Below, piece after piece: positions 49,298-58,519 of a stretch of 64,000 bases of DNA (its first letter is position 1; each line of letters starts with the position of its first letter). This DNA is from Chloroflexota bacterium. GTDB taxonomy: Bacteria > Chloroflexota > UBA11872. The translations under genes were made by a program, and so were the position numbers. The stretch is taken from NCBI GenBank assembly GCA_965262745.1, contig OZ253558.1, forward strand, positions 1,946,602 to 2,010,601, in the 5' to 3' direction. The notes under the pieces were generated by a model. The model was not told the DNA's origin, searched no databases, and saw only the letters and a list, made by a program, of their open reading frames with translations.

Positions 49298-50425
49298 CTA
49301 CGCTAGAACGACCAGATGCGGCGGCGCCCATATGCGCCAACCCGCCGACGTCGGGTCGAGCCCGAAGATCTGGCGCGGGGTCATGACCGGCGTATCCGAA
49401 AACCGGGGCGCGTGAGGGTTGTGCTGAAAGATCTTGATGCCGCGCCACTCGAGCTGCGGGTACGCGGTGGGATCGGTGATGGCGTTGTACTTGTGCACCT
49501 TGGCGTTGGGGGAGCCAAAGCCATCGGCGTCAAAGACGAGCTCGACTTCCGGATAGATCTCGATATTTTGCTTGCCTGAAACCATTGACCAGGAATCCGA
49601 AATGTCGTCGACGAACTGGTGCACGATCAGCACTTTCTTGTGCGACAAGCCCTCCTCGCGGACATAGGCGGCCAGGGCTGCCTGGGCTTGGTTGATGCTG
49701 GCGGCTGAGAGGATCCCGATCGGATGACCGGGCATGTCCTGGTCCGGCTGCGTGGCGAACTCAGGATCGAGCGCGACATGCACGTTGGGATACGCCAAGT
49801 ACCCGGCGTCGATCATGCGCTGCACGAAATAGGTCGGATGGAGGCGTCCGATCTGAGCGTCCAAGAAGACGGCCATGCCGCGGTCCGCCGCCGGCTTGAT
49901 GTAGTCCTCGATCAGGTCCACCCCCGACGCATCCAGGAAAATCACGCAGGAGTCGTCGGCACCCTGGCAGGGACGCGCCAGCCCGTAGATCAGATGCGGC
50001 GCAACCATGACGGGAGCTTCGGCGAGCTCCGACATAGCGCTGGTCCACGGCGCGACGCTACGTTCCAATTCGTCAAACGAGTTGAGCGCGCCCAGCAGCC
50101 CGAGCACCGGGGCCACGCCGAAACTGCGGCCGTAGACCGTGAGCAGCGGGTGTGTCTGCAGGACCGACTGCGGTTGCGGGGGAGGCTGAGGCGGTGACCA
50201 CCACTCGCACTCGACAGGGTCAAGCTGGGCGGCCTCGCAGATGAGCTGAAGTATCGGTGCCCGGGGGCGAGAACTATCGGACTCGGCCGGGGGACTAGGA
50301 CTGCCCGCAGCGCCGTACGGCTCCGGCGGTTCCGACGCAGCGGCTAACCTCCCCGAAGCTGCTCCTGCCGCGCCTCCCGACAGCAGCCCCAGACCGCGCC
50401 TGAGGAACGAACGTCGTCCGTACAT
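49298..50425 (-). CDS. Tat-exported hypothetical protein
   Basis: GRRSFLRR twin-arginine signal, Pro-rich linker, globular domain with LDAQIG, HVALDPEF, HQF, DADGFG. Confidence 0.7.
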   Translation of the reverse strand: MYGRRSFLRRGLGLLSGGAAGAASGRLAAASEPPEPYGAAGSPSPPAESDSSRPRAPILQLICEAAQLDPVECEWWSPPQPPPQPQSVLQTHPLLTVYGRSFGVAPVLGLLGALNSFDELERSVAPWTSAMSELAEAPVMVAPHLIYGLARPCQGADDSCVIFLDASGVDLIEDYIKPAADRGMAVFLDAQIGRLHPTYFVQRMIDAGYLAYPNVHVALDPEFATQPDQDMPGHPIGILSAASINQAQAALAAYVREEGLSHKKVLIVHQFVDDISDSWSMVSGKQNIEIYPEVELVFDADGFGSPNAKVHKYNAITDPTAYPQLEWRGIKIFQHNPHAPRFSDTPVMTPRQIFGLDPTSAGWRIWAPPHLVVLA

Positions 50426-50753
50426 TCCTAACCCGGAGTTTATCAGTTGACAGGATTAGGTATACAACATCTAGGAGGATGCCGGTCCGCTAGCACATAT
50501 ATGGTCATATATGGTGCTGCAAGACCCTCTGCGCCATTCCGCTTGCGTCATTCCCCCGCCCCTTCCGAAGGAATGAGGCCGGAACGCGGGTAGGCTGGCA
50601 GCGAGGCGGCACGTGGTGCCAGGCCCGTGACGGCTCCCCCAGACGCCAACGCTGCCTGGCTGGGTGCGTGGAATCCGTGGTCCGGGCGGTGGTCAGCAGC
50701 TTTGCCGGATGCGCGGCCCGCCCTTGGTCCGTCCAGACGGGGCGTCCGACTGT

Positions 50754-53549
50754 CTAGGCCTGCGCGCTGGTCAGGGACGGCGATTGGCGGCTTGGCTCTT
50801 GCTCCAGCGCCTCGACCTTGCAGGCACAGATCTTGTATTCCGGGATCTTAGAAATCGGATCGAGGGCGTTAATGGTGAGCAAGTTGGCGGCGGCCTCAAC
50901 GAAGTGCCAGCTCATGTAGACCGTGCCGGGCGGGACGCGGCGGGTAATCCAGGCGCGAGCCTCGACGCTGCCGCGGCGGCTGCTGACGCGCACGAGCCCG
51001 CTCTTGGGGATGCCCAGGCGGTCGGCGTCCTCCGGCGACACCTCGACCAGCGGCTCGGGATAGGCGTCGTCCAGCCGCGAGCGGCGGCTGACGGAGCCCG
51101 TGTGCCAGTGGTAGAGCACCCGTCCGGTGTTGAAGATGAATGGGTACTCCGTGTCGGGGATTTCCACGTTCTCGGTCCAGTCGACGGGCGTCATGGTGGC
51201 TTTGCCGTCGCTGGTGGGGAACTTGTCGCCAAAGAGCCACATCGCGCCGGGGTCGTCGACGTCCAGGCAGGGCCAGCGGATACCGCCCTCGCGGTCGAGC
51301 CGCGCGTGGCTCAGTCCGGCGTGGCTGGGCGTGAGCCGCGCGATCTCGTCGAAGATCTCGGCCGGCGTATGCAGCCCCAGGTCGTGGCCCATTCGCCGCG
51401 ACAGGTCGGCGACGATGTCCCAGTCCTGCCGCGCCTCGCCCGGCGGGTCCAGGATGGGCCGAACCCGCTGCACCCGCCGATCGGTGTTGGTGAAGGTGCC
51501 GTCCTTTTCGGCCCAACTTGCGGCAGGCAGCACGACGTCGGCGATCTCGGCCGTTTCGGTCATGAAGATGTCCTGCACCGCCAGAAAGTCGATGTGGTTG
51601 AAGTGCTCACGCGCCGCGTTCAGGTCGGGGTCCGACATCAAGGGGTTTTCGCCCATGATGAACATCGCGCGCAGGTCCCCGCGCCCGACGGCATCAGCTA
51701 TCTCTATGGTCGTCAGACCCTCGACGGGAGGCAGCGCAACGCCCCAGGCCTCCTCGAATACCCCGCGAACCTCAGGGGCCTCGACCGAGCGGTAGTCGGT
51801 GAAGTACATGGGAATCGCACCGACGTCGCTCGTGCCTTGGACGTTGTTTTGCCCGCGCAGGGGATTCAGCCCGGTGCCGCGGCGACCCACGTTGCCCGTG
51901 GCGAGACACAGATTGATGAGCGTGAGGCAGGCGTCGGTGCCGTGCGTCTGCTCGGAAATGCCCACGCCCCAGTAGAACGCCGTTTTGCCCGCCTCACCGA
52001 TGATGCGGGCGGCGCGCTCGATGTCGGCCGCCGGAATGCCGGTCAACGCTTCCTGCCGCTCGGGCGTCCAGGTACGGACCGACGCGGCCACGGCTTCGAA
52101 GTCATGCACGCGCGCGGCGACGAACTCCTCGTCCACCAGACCGTCGCGGATCACCACATGCAGCAGGGCGTTGTACATGGGTACGTCGGTGCCGGTGCGG
52201 AACTGCAAGTGCACGTCGGCCCAGCGGGTGAGCTCGATCGCGCGTGGGTCGGCCACGATCAACCGGGCCCCGTCGCGCACGGCGGCCTTCATCTTGAGCG
52301 CGGTGATGGGGTGAGTTTCCGTGGTGTTCGACCCCGTCACGAAGATCACGTCGTTCTCCGCGATTTCGTCCAGCGAGTTGGTGAACGCGCCGGTTCCCAT
52401 GGCGATATCGAGCGCCGCGACCGACGATGCGTGGCAGAGCCGCGTGCAATTGTCGATGTTGTTCGTCTGCAGCACCGCGCGGGTGAACTTCTGCAGCAGG
52501 TAGTTCTCTTCGTTGGTGCACTTGGACGACGCATACACCGCCACTGCGTCCGTTCCATCCGTGTCGCGGTGGTGCGCCAGCCGCTGGGCGGTTAGGTCCA
52601 GCGCCTCATCCCAGCTCGCGCGCCGCCAGCGGCCCTCGCCCCGCGCGCCGACACGAATCAGGGGATGCGTGAGGCGGTCGGCATGCTCCACGTAGTCCCA
52701 GCCGTAGCGGCCCTTGACGCACAGCCAGCCCTGGTTGACCGGATGGTCGTCGGGCGAGTCCACGTGGGTAATCGCCCCGTCGCGGACGTGCGCCGTGAGG
52801 CCGCACCCCACGCCGCAGAATGAGCAGGTAGTCTCAACGACACGGTCGTCCGTGAGGCTTCCGCGCCGCTCGGCCTCCCATTGGGCGCGGCCCTTGAGCG
52901 CGCCGCTGGGACACACCTGCACGCAGTTGCCGCAGTAGACGCAGGTGGTGTCCATCATGCCGTCGTACTCGGTCGTGCCCACGCGGACCTCGAAGCCGCG
53001 CTCCGCCGGCTCAATGGCAAAGGTGAATTGCACCTGATCGCCGCAGACATCGACGCAGCGCCAGCACATGACGCATTTGTTGTAGTCGCGGATGTAGTAG
53101 GAGTTGTCGACATAGATGGGAAACGGCTCGCGCTCGGCGTCGGTGCCGGCTTCCACGCCGTAGGCCGCGCACAGGTCCGCGAGGTCCGGCGCCTCGCTCA
53201 AGTCGACGCCGCCGAGCAGCAGGCGCAGCGACCCGCGGCGCGACGCGCGCACGTTTTGGCTGTTCGTGTGGATGACCTGGCCAGGCTCGGCCTTGGCCCG
53301 GCAGGCGGGCAGCAGCTTGGAGGCTTGGCGTTCCGGGGCGCCGGGCGGCGGCTCGGCATCGGCTCCGTTGGGGCTGAGTGAGTGTTCCACGACGCACAGG
53401 CGGCAGTTCGCCGACGCCGCAATGTTGGGGTGGAAGCACAGCGTCGGCACGTCCAGGCCGGCCGCGGCGGCGGCATCGAGCAGCGTCGCGCCCGGCGGGA
53501 CCGAGACGCGGCGCCCGTCAATGGTGAGACTGATGTCCTCGACCGCCAC
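50754..53549 (-). CDS. fdhF: Formate dehydrogenase alpha subunit (Mo/W-bisPGD, Cys-type) with N-terminal Fe-S domains
   Basis: TLC..CRLC..C [2Fe-2S], two CxxCxxCxxxC, TCSFCGVGC, LCVKG, RLCHASS, PLRGQNNVQG, NTGR, PEYK; start uncertain (53549-53606). Confidence 0.93.
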   Translation of the reverse strand: MAVEDISLTIDGRRVSVPPGATLLDAAAAAGLDVPTLCFHPNIAASANCRLCVVEHSLSPNGADAEPPPGAPERQASKLLPACRAKAEPGQVIHTNSQNVRASRRGSLRLLLGGVDLSEAPDLADLCAAYGVEAGTDAEREPFPIYVDNSYYIRDYNKCVMCWRCVDVCGDQVQFTFAIEPAERGFEVRVGTTEYDGMMDTTCVYCGNCVQVCPSGALKGRAQWEAERRGSLTDDRVVETTCSFCGVGCGLTAHVRDGAITHVDSPDDHPVNQGWLCVKGRYGWDYVEHADRLTHPLIRVGARGEGRWRRASWDEALDLTAQRLAHHRDTDGTDAVAVYASSKCTNEENYLLQKFTRAVLQTNNIDNCTRLCHASSVAALDIAMGTGAFTNSLDEIAENDVIFVTGSNTTETHPITALKMKAAVRDGARLIVADPRAIELTRWADVHLQFRTGTDVPMYNALLHVVIRDGLVDEEFVAARVHDFEAVAASVRTWTPERQEALTGIPAADIERAARIIGEAGKTAFYWGVGISEQTHGTDACLTLINLCLATGNVGRRGTGLNPLRGQNNVQGTSDVGAIPMYFTDYRSVEAPEVRGVFEEAWGVALPPVEGLTTIEIADAVGRGDLRAMFIMGENPLMSDPDLNAAREHFNHIDFLAVQDIFMTETAEIADVVLPAASWAEKDGTFTNTDRRVQRVRPILDPPGEARQDWDIVADLSRRMGHDLGLHTPAEIFDEIARLTPSHAGLSHARLDREGGIRWPCLDVDDPGAMWLFGDKFPTSDGKATMTPVDWTENVEIPDTEYPFIFNTGRVLYHWHTGSVSRRSRLDDAYPEPLVEVSPEDADRLGIPKSGLVRVSSRRGSVEARAWITRRVPPGTVYMSWHFVEAAANLLTINALDPISKIPEYKICACKVEALEQEPSRQSPSLTSAQA

Positions 53550-53602
53550 AGCTATTCCCCGCACCCCAGCCATATACAAGACTACGCCAGGAAGGCCGAC
53601 GG

Positions 53603-53884
53603 TCACCGTTTGGGGGGTGGCGGTCCTTCAGGCGGCTCCCGAAAAAGCAGGCGGAAGATGTAGGCGAGCCAGGCCAACGAGACCAGCAGCACGGGCGGAA
53701 CCAGCACCGCGAGCAGCAGGCCGGAGTCGGCCGCGGCGGCGCCGCCAGCGTCCGCCGAATTGCCAGCCGGGCCGGCGCATGCGGTACTCAGCAGTAGGAT
53801 GGGCATGGCCAGGGTTGCGGACCAACCGCCCGGCCGGCGAGGCCATCGGGCGCCGGACTCTCGTAGCCAGGAAGGGCGAGACAC
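53603..53884 (-). CDS. Small hypothetical membrane protein / lipoprotein
   Basis: LLLSTAC lipobox-like segment and a C-terminal TM helix; start may be ATG 53806. Confidence 0.45.
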   Translation of the reverse strand: MSRPSWLRESGARWPRRPGGWSATLAMPILLLSTACAGPAGNSADAGGAAAADSGLLLAVLVPPVLLVSLAWLAYIFRLLFREPPEGPPPPKR

Positions 53885-53885
53885 G

Positions 53886-54359
53886 CTAGCGCGGCCGGGG
53901 TCCGGCCAGGTGCGCCAACAGGTCGGCTAAGCGCCGCAGCGGGCCGCGGTCAAGCGCAGCGTCGAGCGCCAGCGAGACGACGCACAGGCCAACGAGCGCC
54001 CAGCCGAGCGGGTAAACGCCCGCAAGCACGAACACCGCGCCCGCAAGTGCCACGGTGCCGGTGAAGGCGTCGGCGCGTTCAAAGGTGCGCTGCGATTCGG
54101 GCACGGCGCGCGGGCGCTGCACGGGCGCGACGAGCCAGCGGTGCAGGGCACGCGGCAGGCTCAGACGGGGACTCACGGACCCGGCCAGTTGGACGAGCAC
54201 GCCAAGGAGCGTGAGCCACGGCGCGACCGCGGTGCTGGCCACGACGATGCCGAGCGCGAAGCATGCCGCCAGCAGGCCCTGATGGAAGCGGCGCTCGGCC
54301 CGGTCACCGGCTGGGGCACGTCGCTGCACGGCGGGCGAATGCCCGGGGCCGACGGTCAA
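53886..54359 (-). CDS. Hypothetical membrane protein, DUF4395-like
   Basis: Four TM segments; RFHQG and P..VPE pattern reminiscent of DUF4395. Confidence 0.5.
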   Translation of the reverse strand: MTVGPGHSPAVQRRAPAGDRAERRFHQGLLAACFALGIVVASTAVAPWLTLLGVLVQLAGSVSPRLSLPRALHRWLVAPVQRPRAVPESQRTFERADAFTGTVALAGAVFVLAGVYPLGWALVGLCVVSLALDAALDRGPLRRLADLLAHLAGPRPR

Positions 54360-54639
54360 GCGGGCACTCGTCCGGTTCGCGGTTCGCGGTGGCCCATCAC
54401 GAGGTGGGCGCTCCGGGACCTGGCACGGCGGTCGGGGCGGCGGCGCTCGAGCACGACCCGCCGCGGGCGCCGCAACCGAGTACGGTGAGCAACGGCATGC
54501 GCACGATCGGGAATATGCAAGGCGGCGTCCGGAGTTCCTCTCCTACATCGCTGACCGGCGCGTTGCGCAGCGCCAGCGTTGGCTGCCGAGCGCCCACCAT
54601 GGATGCTCCGCCCCCCGCGTGCTTCGGTCGTCGAACCGA

Positions 54640-56169
54640 ATGGTAGCCGGTGCCCGACATCGCTTGACGCGCGCGGGGCCTCCGGCCGCCGCGGCGATGG
54701 CGTCGGGCGCGCTTTACGCCGCGAGCTTTCCGCCGCTCTCGTGGACGGTCCTGGGCTTTGTCGCCTGGGTGCCGCTGATGTTGGCGCTGCACGCGTCCGG
54801 CCGTACGAATGCGGCAGCGCGAGTTCTGGCCGGACTCGGTATGGGGACATTTTTCGGCCTCGTGGCCCTGAGCATCGATCCGCCGGAAGTGGTCACGGGC
54901 GCCGCCTGGGTTGGGATAAGCGCGGCGGTCGCCGTGGCGTTCGGCCTGGCGGCAGGGCTGCTGGCGCTGCCGGTGCTTACGCCGCGCGTGCATGCGGCAC
55001 TGCGCGGCTGGGGGGTCGTGTGGCTGCCGGCCCTTGTCTGGGCGGGCATCGAGTATCTGCGGCTGGTGACCACGGCCGGCCACCAGTGGGGCATGACCGC
55101 AACCGCGCAGATCGACACCGCGCCGCTGCGGGCATTTCTTCCGTTGGCCGGCATGTGGCCGGTCACGATCATCGTGATGGCCACCAACGGCGCCATCGCG
55201 GCGCTCGTCCTGGCCGGGCTTGGCCGATGGATCGGTTCGCGGCGGGCGCTGGGCTGGAGCGTGGGCGCAGTGGCGGCGGCCTGGATCTGCGGCGGGATCC
55301 TCGCGCTGCTCCCGTCACCCGCACCAACCGGCACCCTGCGCGCGGCTGTGGTGCAGCCGGGCGAGCACGTGCCCGACCATCCGCTCACACGCCCCCTCAT
55401 CGTGCGCCGCCAGTACGCCGAGCTCACCGACGTCATCACCGCGCTGCACGCGACCCCGACGGTCGCGGCGCAGGGCGCGCAACTCGTGGTTTGGCCGGAG
55501 GCGTCCGGCTGGGTCGATCCCCTGACGCCAACCGGCCAGATACTGACGGATCAAGTGGCCGACGTGGCGGCGCAGTCGGACGCGACGATCGTGTGGCCGT
55601 ATTTCATTCGTATCGACCGCGACCGCACGCGCAACGAGGCGGTCCTGGTGTATCCAGATCGGCGCATCTCGCCCCCCACGACCAAGGCCCATCCGGTATG
55701 GGTCATCGGCGAGCGGAGCATCACCGCCGGACAGCATCCGGTGTATGCGGTCGACGGGGTGAGCGTGGGTCTGGCGCTTGGGCCGGACGGCAGCTATACG
55801 GACGCCCTGGCGCGCCTGGCCCGGGACGGCGCCCAAGTTGTGGCGGTGCCCACGCACGACTGGCGCGCCTACGCCGGCACGCAGCTGGCGCACCTGCGCG
55901 TGCGCGCGGCCGAGCATCGTTTGGCAATCGTGAAGGCTGATTGGCGGTACGGCTCGGCGATCGTGGCTCCCGACGGCGGCGTCGTCGCGGCAACGCTTGT
56001 CGATGTCCCTCTAGAGGCGACGCTGGTGGGCGAGGTTTACGTCACGACGCCGGGCACGCCTTATAGCGTCAACGGTGACTGGCTGGGAGTTGTCAGCCTG
56101 GGCATCGCGGGAACCGCGGCCCTGGGCACGGTCGTGACGGGGCGCAGGCGCCGCGGTCGATCGCGCTAG
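54640..56169 (+). CDS. Apolipoprotein N-acyltransferase-like protein lacking the catalytic Cys
   Basis: SFPP, FVAWVPL, EYLR, VVQPG, VVWPE, K-AHPV...GE, RAAEH, GSAIVAPDG, TPYS...GDW; ICYE motif reads LGPD. Confidence 0.82.
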   Translation: MVAGARHRLTRAGPPAAAAMASGALYAASFPPLSWTVLGFVAWVPLMLALHASGRTNAAARVLAGLGMGTFFGLVALSIDPPEVVTGAAWVGISAAVAVAFGLAAGLLALPVLTPRVHAALRGWGVVWLPALVWAGIEYLRLVTTAGHQWGMTATAQIDTAPLRAFLPLAGMWPVTIIVMATNGAIAALVLAGLGRWIGSRRALGWSVGAVAAAWICGGILALLPSPAPTGTLRAAVVQPGEHVPDHPLTRPLIVRRQYAELTDVITALHATPTVAAQGAQLVVWPEASGWVDPLTPTGQILTDQVADVAAQSDATIVWPYFIRIDRDRTRNEAVLVYPDRRISPPTTKAHPVWVIGERSITAGQHPVYAVDGVSVGLALGPDGSYTDALARLARDGAQVVAVPTHDWRAYAGTQLAHLRVRAAEHRLAIVKADWRYGSAIVAPDGGVVAATLVDVPLEATLVGEVYVTTPGTPYSVNGDWLGVVSLGIAGTAALGTVVTGRRRRGRSR

Positions 56170-56903
56170 CGCCGCGCAGGGATAGCGCCGGCACCGCCGG
56201 AGAAGGCGCTCAGCGCGACCACCGCCAGGATCACGGTCACCACCACCTGGTGCCAGCCCAGCGTCTCCAAGGTTGCGGTGTAGGCCGCGGCCGCGTGCAG
56301 CAGACCGGCGCTGATGAGGTAAAGACCCAGGCGATCGCTCAACCAGCCTTTGGCCAGCATGTAGGCCGTGCCCAGGTGCAAGCCGATCCACAGCCCCTGC
56401 TCGATGAGTGGAAACGCCAGGCCGCCGTCGGGCGGGAGCTGCTGGATCGCGGGCGAGAGCGAGGCGTTGGCGCCAAACATGGCAAAGCCGAGCGCGGGCG
56501 CCACGGCGGCCGTGGTGACGGCGCGGGGATCGCGCGTATGGGCCATGGCGAAGAGCACCACCAGCATCAGGACGAGCTTGACGATTTCCGCGGCATAGCC
56601 AGCGACCAGCGCTTCGACAACGCCGGTGAGCGGGCGGGCATCGGCCACGCGGGCCGGGTCGATGTTGCGCGTGATGATGTCCATCACGGCGGCCGTTGGC
56701 TCGCCGCGCACCCACACTTGCGCGGCGGCGTAGACCGCCGCTCCAGCGACGAAGCCGAACCACGCTCCGGGACGGTTCGGCACCAGCGGCGGCCCGAGCC
56801 GAGACCAGAAAAGGCCGAACGCCACCACGGCGGCCACGGCCACGGGATGCGGCACGAAGAAATAGGGCGCGAGCGCCGCGAGTTGGTCGTTCAGCCACTC
56901 CAC
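56166..56903 (-). CDS. PrsW/YhfC-like intramembrane protease homolog, degenerate
   Basis: AGYAAEIVK, LGFAMFG, LHLG, LLHA motifs in 7 TM segments. Confidence 0.55.
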   Translation of the reverse strand: MEWLNDQLAALAPYFFVPHPVAVAAVVAFGLFWSRLGPPLVPNRPGAWFGFVAGAAVYAAAQVWVRGEPTAAVMDIITRNIDPARVADARPLTGVVEALVAGYAAEIVKLVLMLVVLFAMAHTRDPRAVTTAAVAPALGFAMFGANASLSPAIQQLPPDGGLAFPLIEQGLWIGLHLGTAYMLAKGWLSDRLGLYLISAGLLHAAAAYTATLETLGWHQVVVTVILAVVALSAFSGGAGAIPARR

Positions 56904-57034
56904 GGGGCGAGCTAGCGCCGGGGGTGATCCGCCCGGTGCTTGGTACCATGGCGGCTACTGACGGGTGTGGCAGCTAGGGTGCAGCCACGCCCGCGCGACG
57001 GTTTACAACAGAAGCGAACGGGTGCGCCTTTCAC

Positions 57035-57118
57035 GGGTCGGTGGGTGAGCGGCTAATACCACCGGACTGTAAATCCGGCGCCTTTACGGCTACGTAGGTT
57101 CGAATCCTACCCGGCCCA
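57035..57118 (+). tRNA. tRNA-Tyr(GTA)
   Basis: Acceptor GGGTCGG/CCGGCCC-A, anticodon arm CCGGA-CTGTAAA-TCCGG, long variable arm, GTTCGAATC. Confidence 0.95.
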
Positions 57119-57167
57119 CCCGCTGCCGTGGCGTCGGATACCATGGCTGCGGCGCGCCCGCAACGCT

Positions 57168-57244
57168 GGTCCCGTAGTGCAGCGGCCTAGCATATCTCCC
57201 TGTCAAGGAGAAGATCGCCGGTTCGAATCCGGTCGGGACCGCCA
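57168..57244 (+). tRNA. tRNA-Asp(GTC)
   Basis: Acceptor GGTCCCG/CGGGACC-GCCA, TCTCC-CTGTCAA-GGAGA, GTTCGAATC. Confidence 0.95.
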
Positions 57245-57268
57245 GATACGCCCGTTGCGGGCCTCGAG

Positions 57269-57344
57269 GGGCCCATAGCTCAGCGGTCAGAGCAGCCGGC
57301 TCATAACCGGTCGGTCCCTGGTTCGAATCCAGGTGGGCCCACCA
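57269..57344 (+). tRNA. tRNA with CAT anticodon, most likely Ile2 (lysidine)
   Basis: Acceptor GGGCCCA/TGGGCCC-ACCA, CCGG-CTCATAA-CCGG; lacks the initiator GGG/CCC anticodon stem. Confidence 0.9.
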
Positions 57345-57496
57345 CCCTTGACGGTAGACAGAACTGAGCCGTTCAGCGCCATCTCCTCGGCGTTCCTGCC
57401 GGGTATGAGGCCATCGTCGGGCATGGGGATGGTGTAGCGCATGAGGTCGTTGCCGGGCATGACGACGGTTTCCTTGACGAAGGTCTCGATGAAGGC
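57287..57496 (-). pseudogene. Probable C-terminal remnant of a large serine recombinase, reading into the tRNA
   Basis: AFIETFVKETVVMPGNDLMRYTIPMP...SVLSTVKGGGPTWIRT, resembling the FVKEI.V...YTIP tail of tRNA-targeting serine recombinases (from memory). Confidence 0.6.
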
Positions 57497-57505
57497 CCCC
57501 TGGCA

Positions 57506-57985
57506 TCAACTGCCCGGTTCGTCGTGGCCGCTATGCCAGCCGGAGCCGAACGTCATCCCGTCGTAGCCGACGACCCAGACGCGCACGTCCTCCGTGGTCA
57601 CCCAGTTGCCCTTTGCGGGGACCTCGAATAAATCCGTGCCGAGCAGGTCTTTGAGGTCCGTTCCCACCAGTGCTTTGTCGTTGTGGTCTACGATTGTGCC
57701 GCCGCTGTCGGCTATGAACGCGAACCATTCCCCTTCCACGGTCTCGGCGCTGTTGTATTAAGCGATGGTCGCTTCCAGTCCCGCCGTACGGAACTTGTTG
57801 ACGGCGGCAAACACCAGGGACTTGGTGAATTCGTCGGCGTTGACATACCAGCCGGAGGCGAACAGCAGCCCGTCGTGCTTCACCACCCAGGCGTTCTTGA
57901 GCTGCATGGCCCCGGTGTTGTCGGAACCGAGTCCGCCGCTCTCCGGGTTCCGGTACACGTAGGAGACCCACTTGCCGTCCTCAGT
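57506..57985 (-). pseudogene. Cache-domain protein fragment, 5'-truncated with internal stop
   Basis: GKWVSYVYRNP...KNAWVVKHDGLLFASGWY, TAA at 57758, then YNSAETVEGEWFAFIAD...DGMTFGSGW in the same frame. Confidence 0.7.
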
Positions 57986-58305
57986 CTGTTCCTGGCGGTA
58001 ACACCTGCGCGTCGTCCAGCACCGCCTGCAGGTCGTGCAACCGGTTCGCGTCGGTCTCCTCCGCCAACACCGTCGTTCGGTAGTAGTCGGCAAAGGCGTC
58101 CTGGATCGTTTCGTCGTGGTTGGTGAAATCCAGCACAAAGGCGTCGTGCTTCTTCGGATGCGCCCGGTTCAGCCACGACAACGTCTGCACCGCCTTCACG
58201 CCCGACAAAATCTTGTCCACGTACATCGTGTGCAGCAGCGGCTCGTCGTAGCCGGTCTGGAACTTGTCGGCGCAGACCAGGAAGCGATACGGATCCTGCT
58301 GAATC
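57981..58305 (-). pseudogene. Type I restriction enzyme HsdR internal fragment
   Basis: RFLVCADKFQTGYDEPLLHTMYVDK...AVQTLS.LNR...FVLDF helicase motifs V-VI only. Confidence 0.85.
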
Positions 58306-58342
58306 TTTTGGAGCTTATAGCGGATGCTAGCCACCGAAGCTG

Positions 58343-58519
58343 TTAGGGTCGCCGCCACTTGCCGGGCGTGTACTCGCCCTGCATCCAGCCGATGATCCGC
58401 TCAACGCATCGGCGGTGGGTCGTCTTGGTGCTTGGCGTGAAGTTCGCCATGTTCACGTCCCACAGGTAGGCCGCCAGCACTCGCTCCACTTGCTCAAGCG
58501 TCGGCTTGTCGACCCTCAT
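58343..58519 (-). CDS. 58-aa hypothetical protein (below the ORF-track cutoff)
   Basis: GGGAG/AGG RBS; MRVDKPTLEQVERVLAAYLWDVNMANFTPSTKTTHRRCVERIIGWMQGEYTPGKWRRP. Confidence 0.5.
   Translation of the reverse strand: MRVDKPTLEQVERVLAAYLWDVNMANFTPSTKTTHRRCVERIIGWMQGEYTPGKWRRP

Noticed and set aside
52425-52450. Selenocysteine in formate dehydrogenase, suggested by yqeC
   Set aside because: Active site reads RLCH with a TGC codon; no in-frame TGA
54356-54640. Possible small gene or TGA read-through into the DUF4395-like gene
   Set aside because: The frame ending in TGA at 54397 is not in frame with the downstream gene, and candidate peptides are low-complexity
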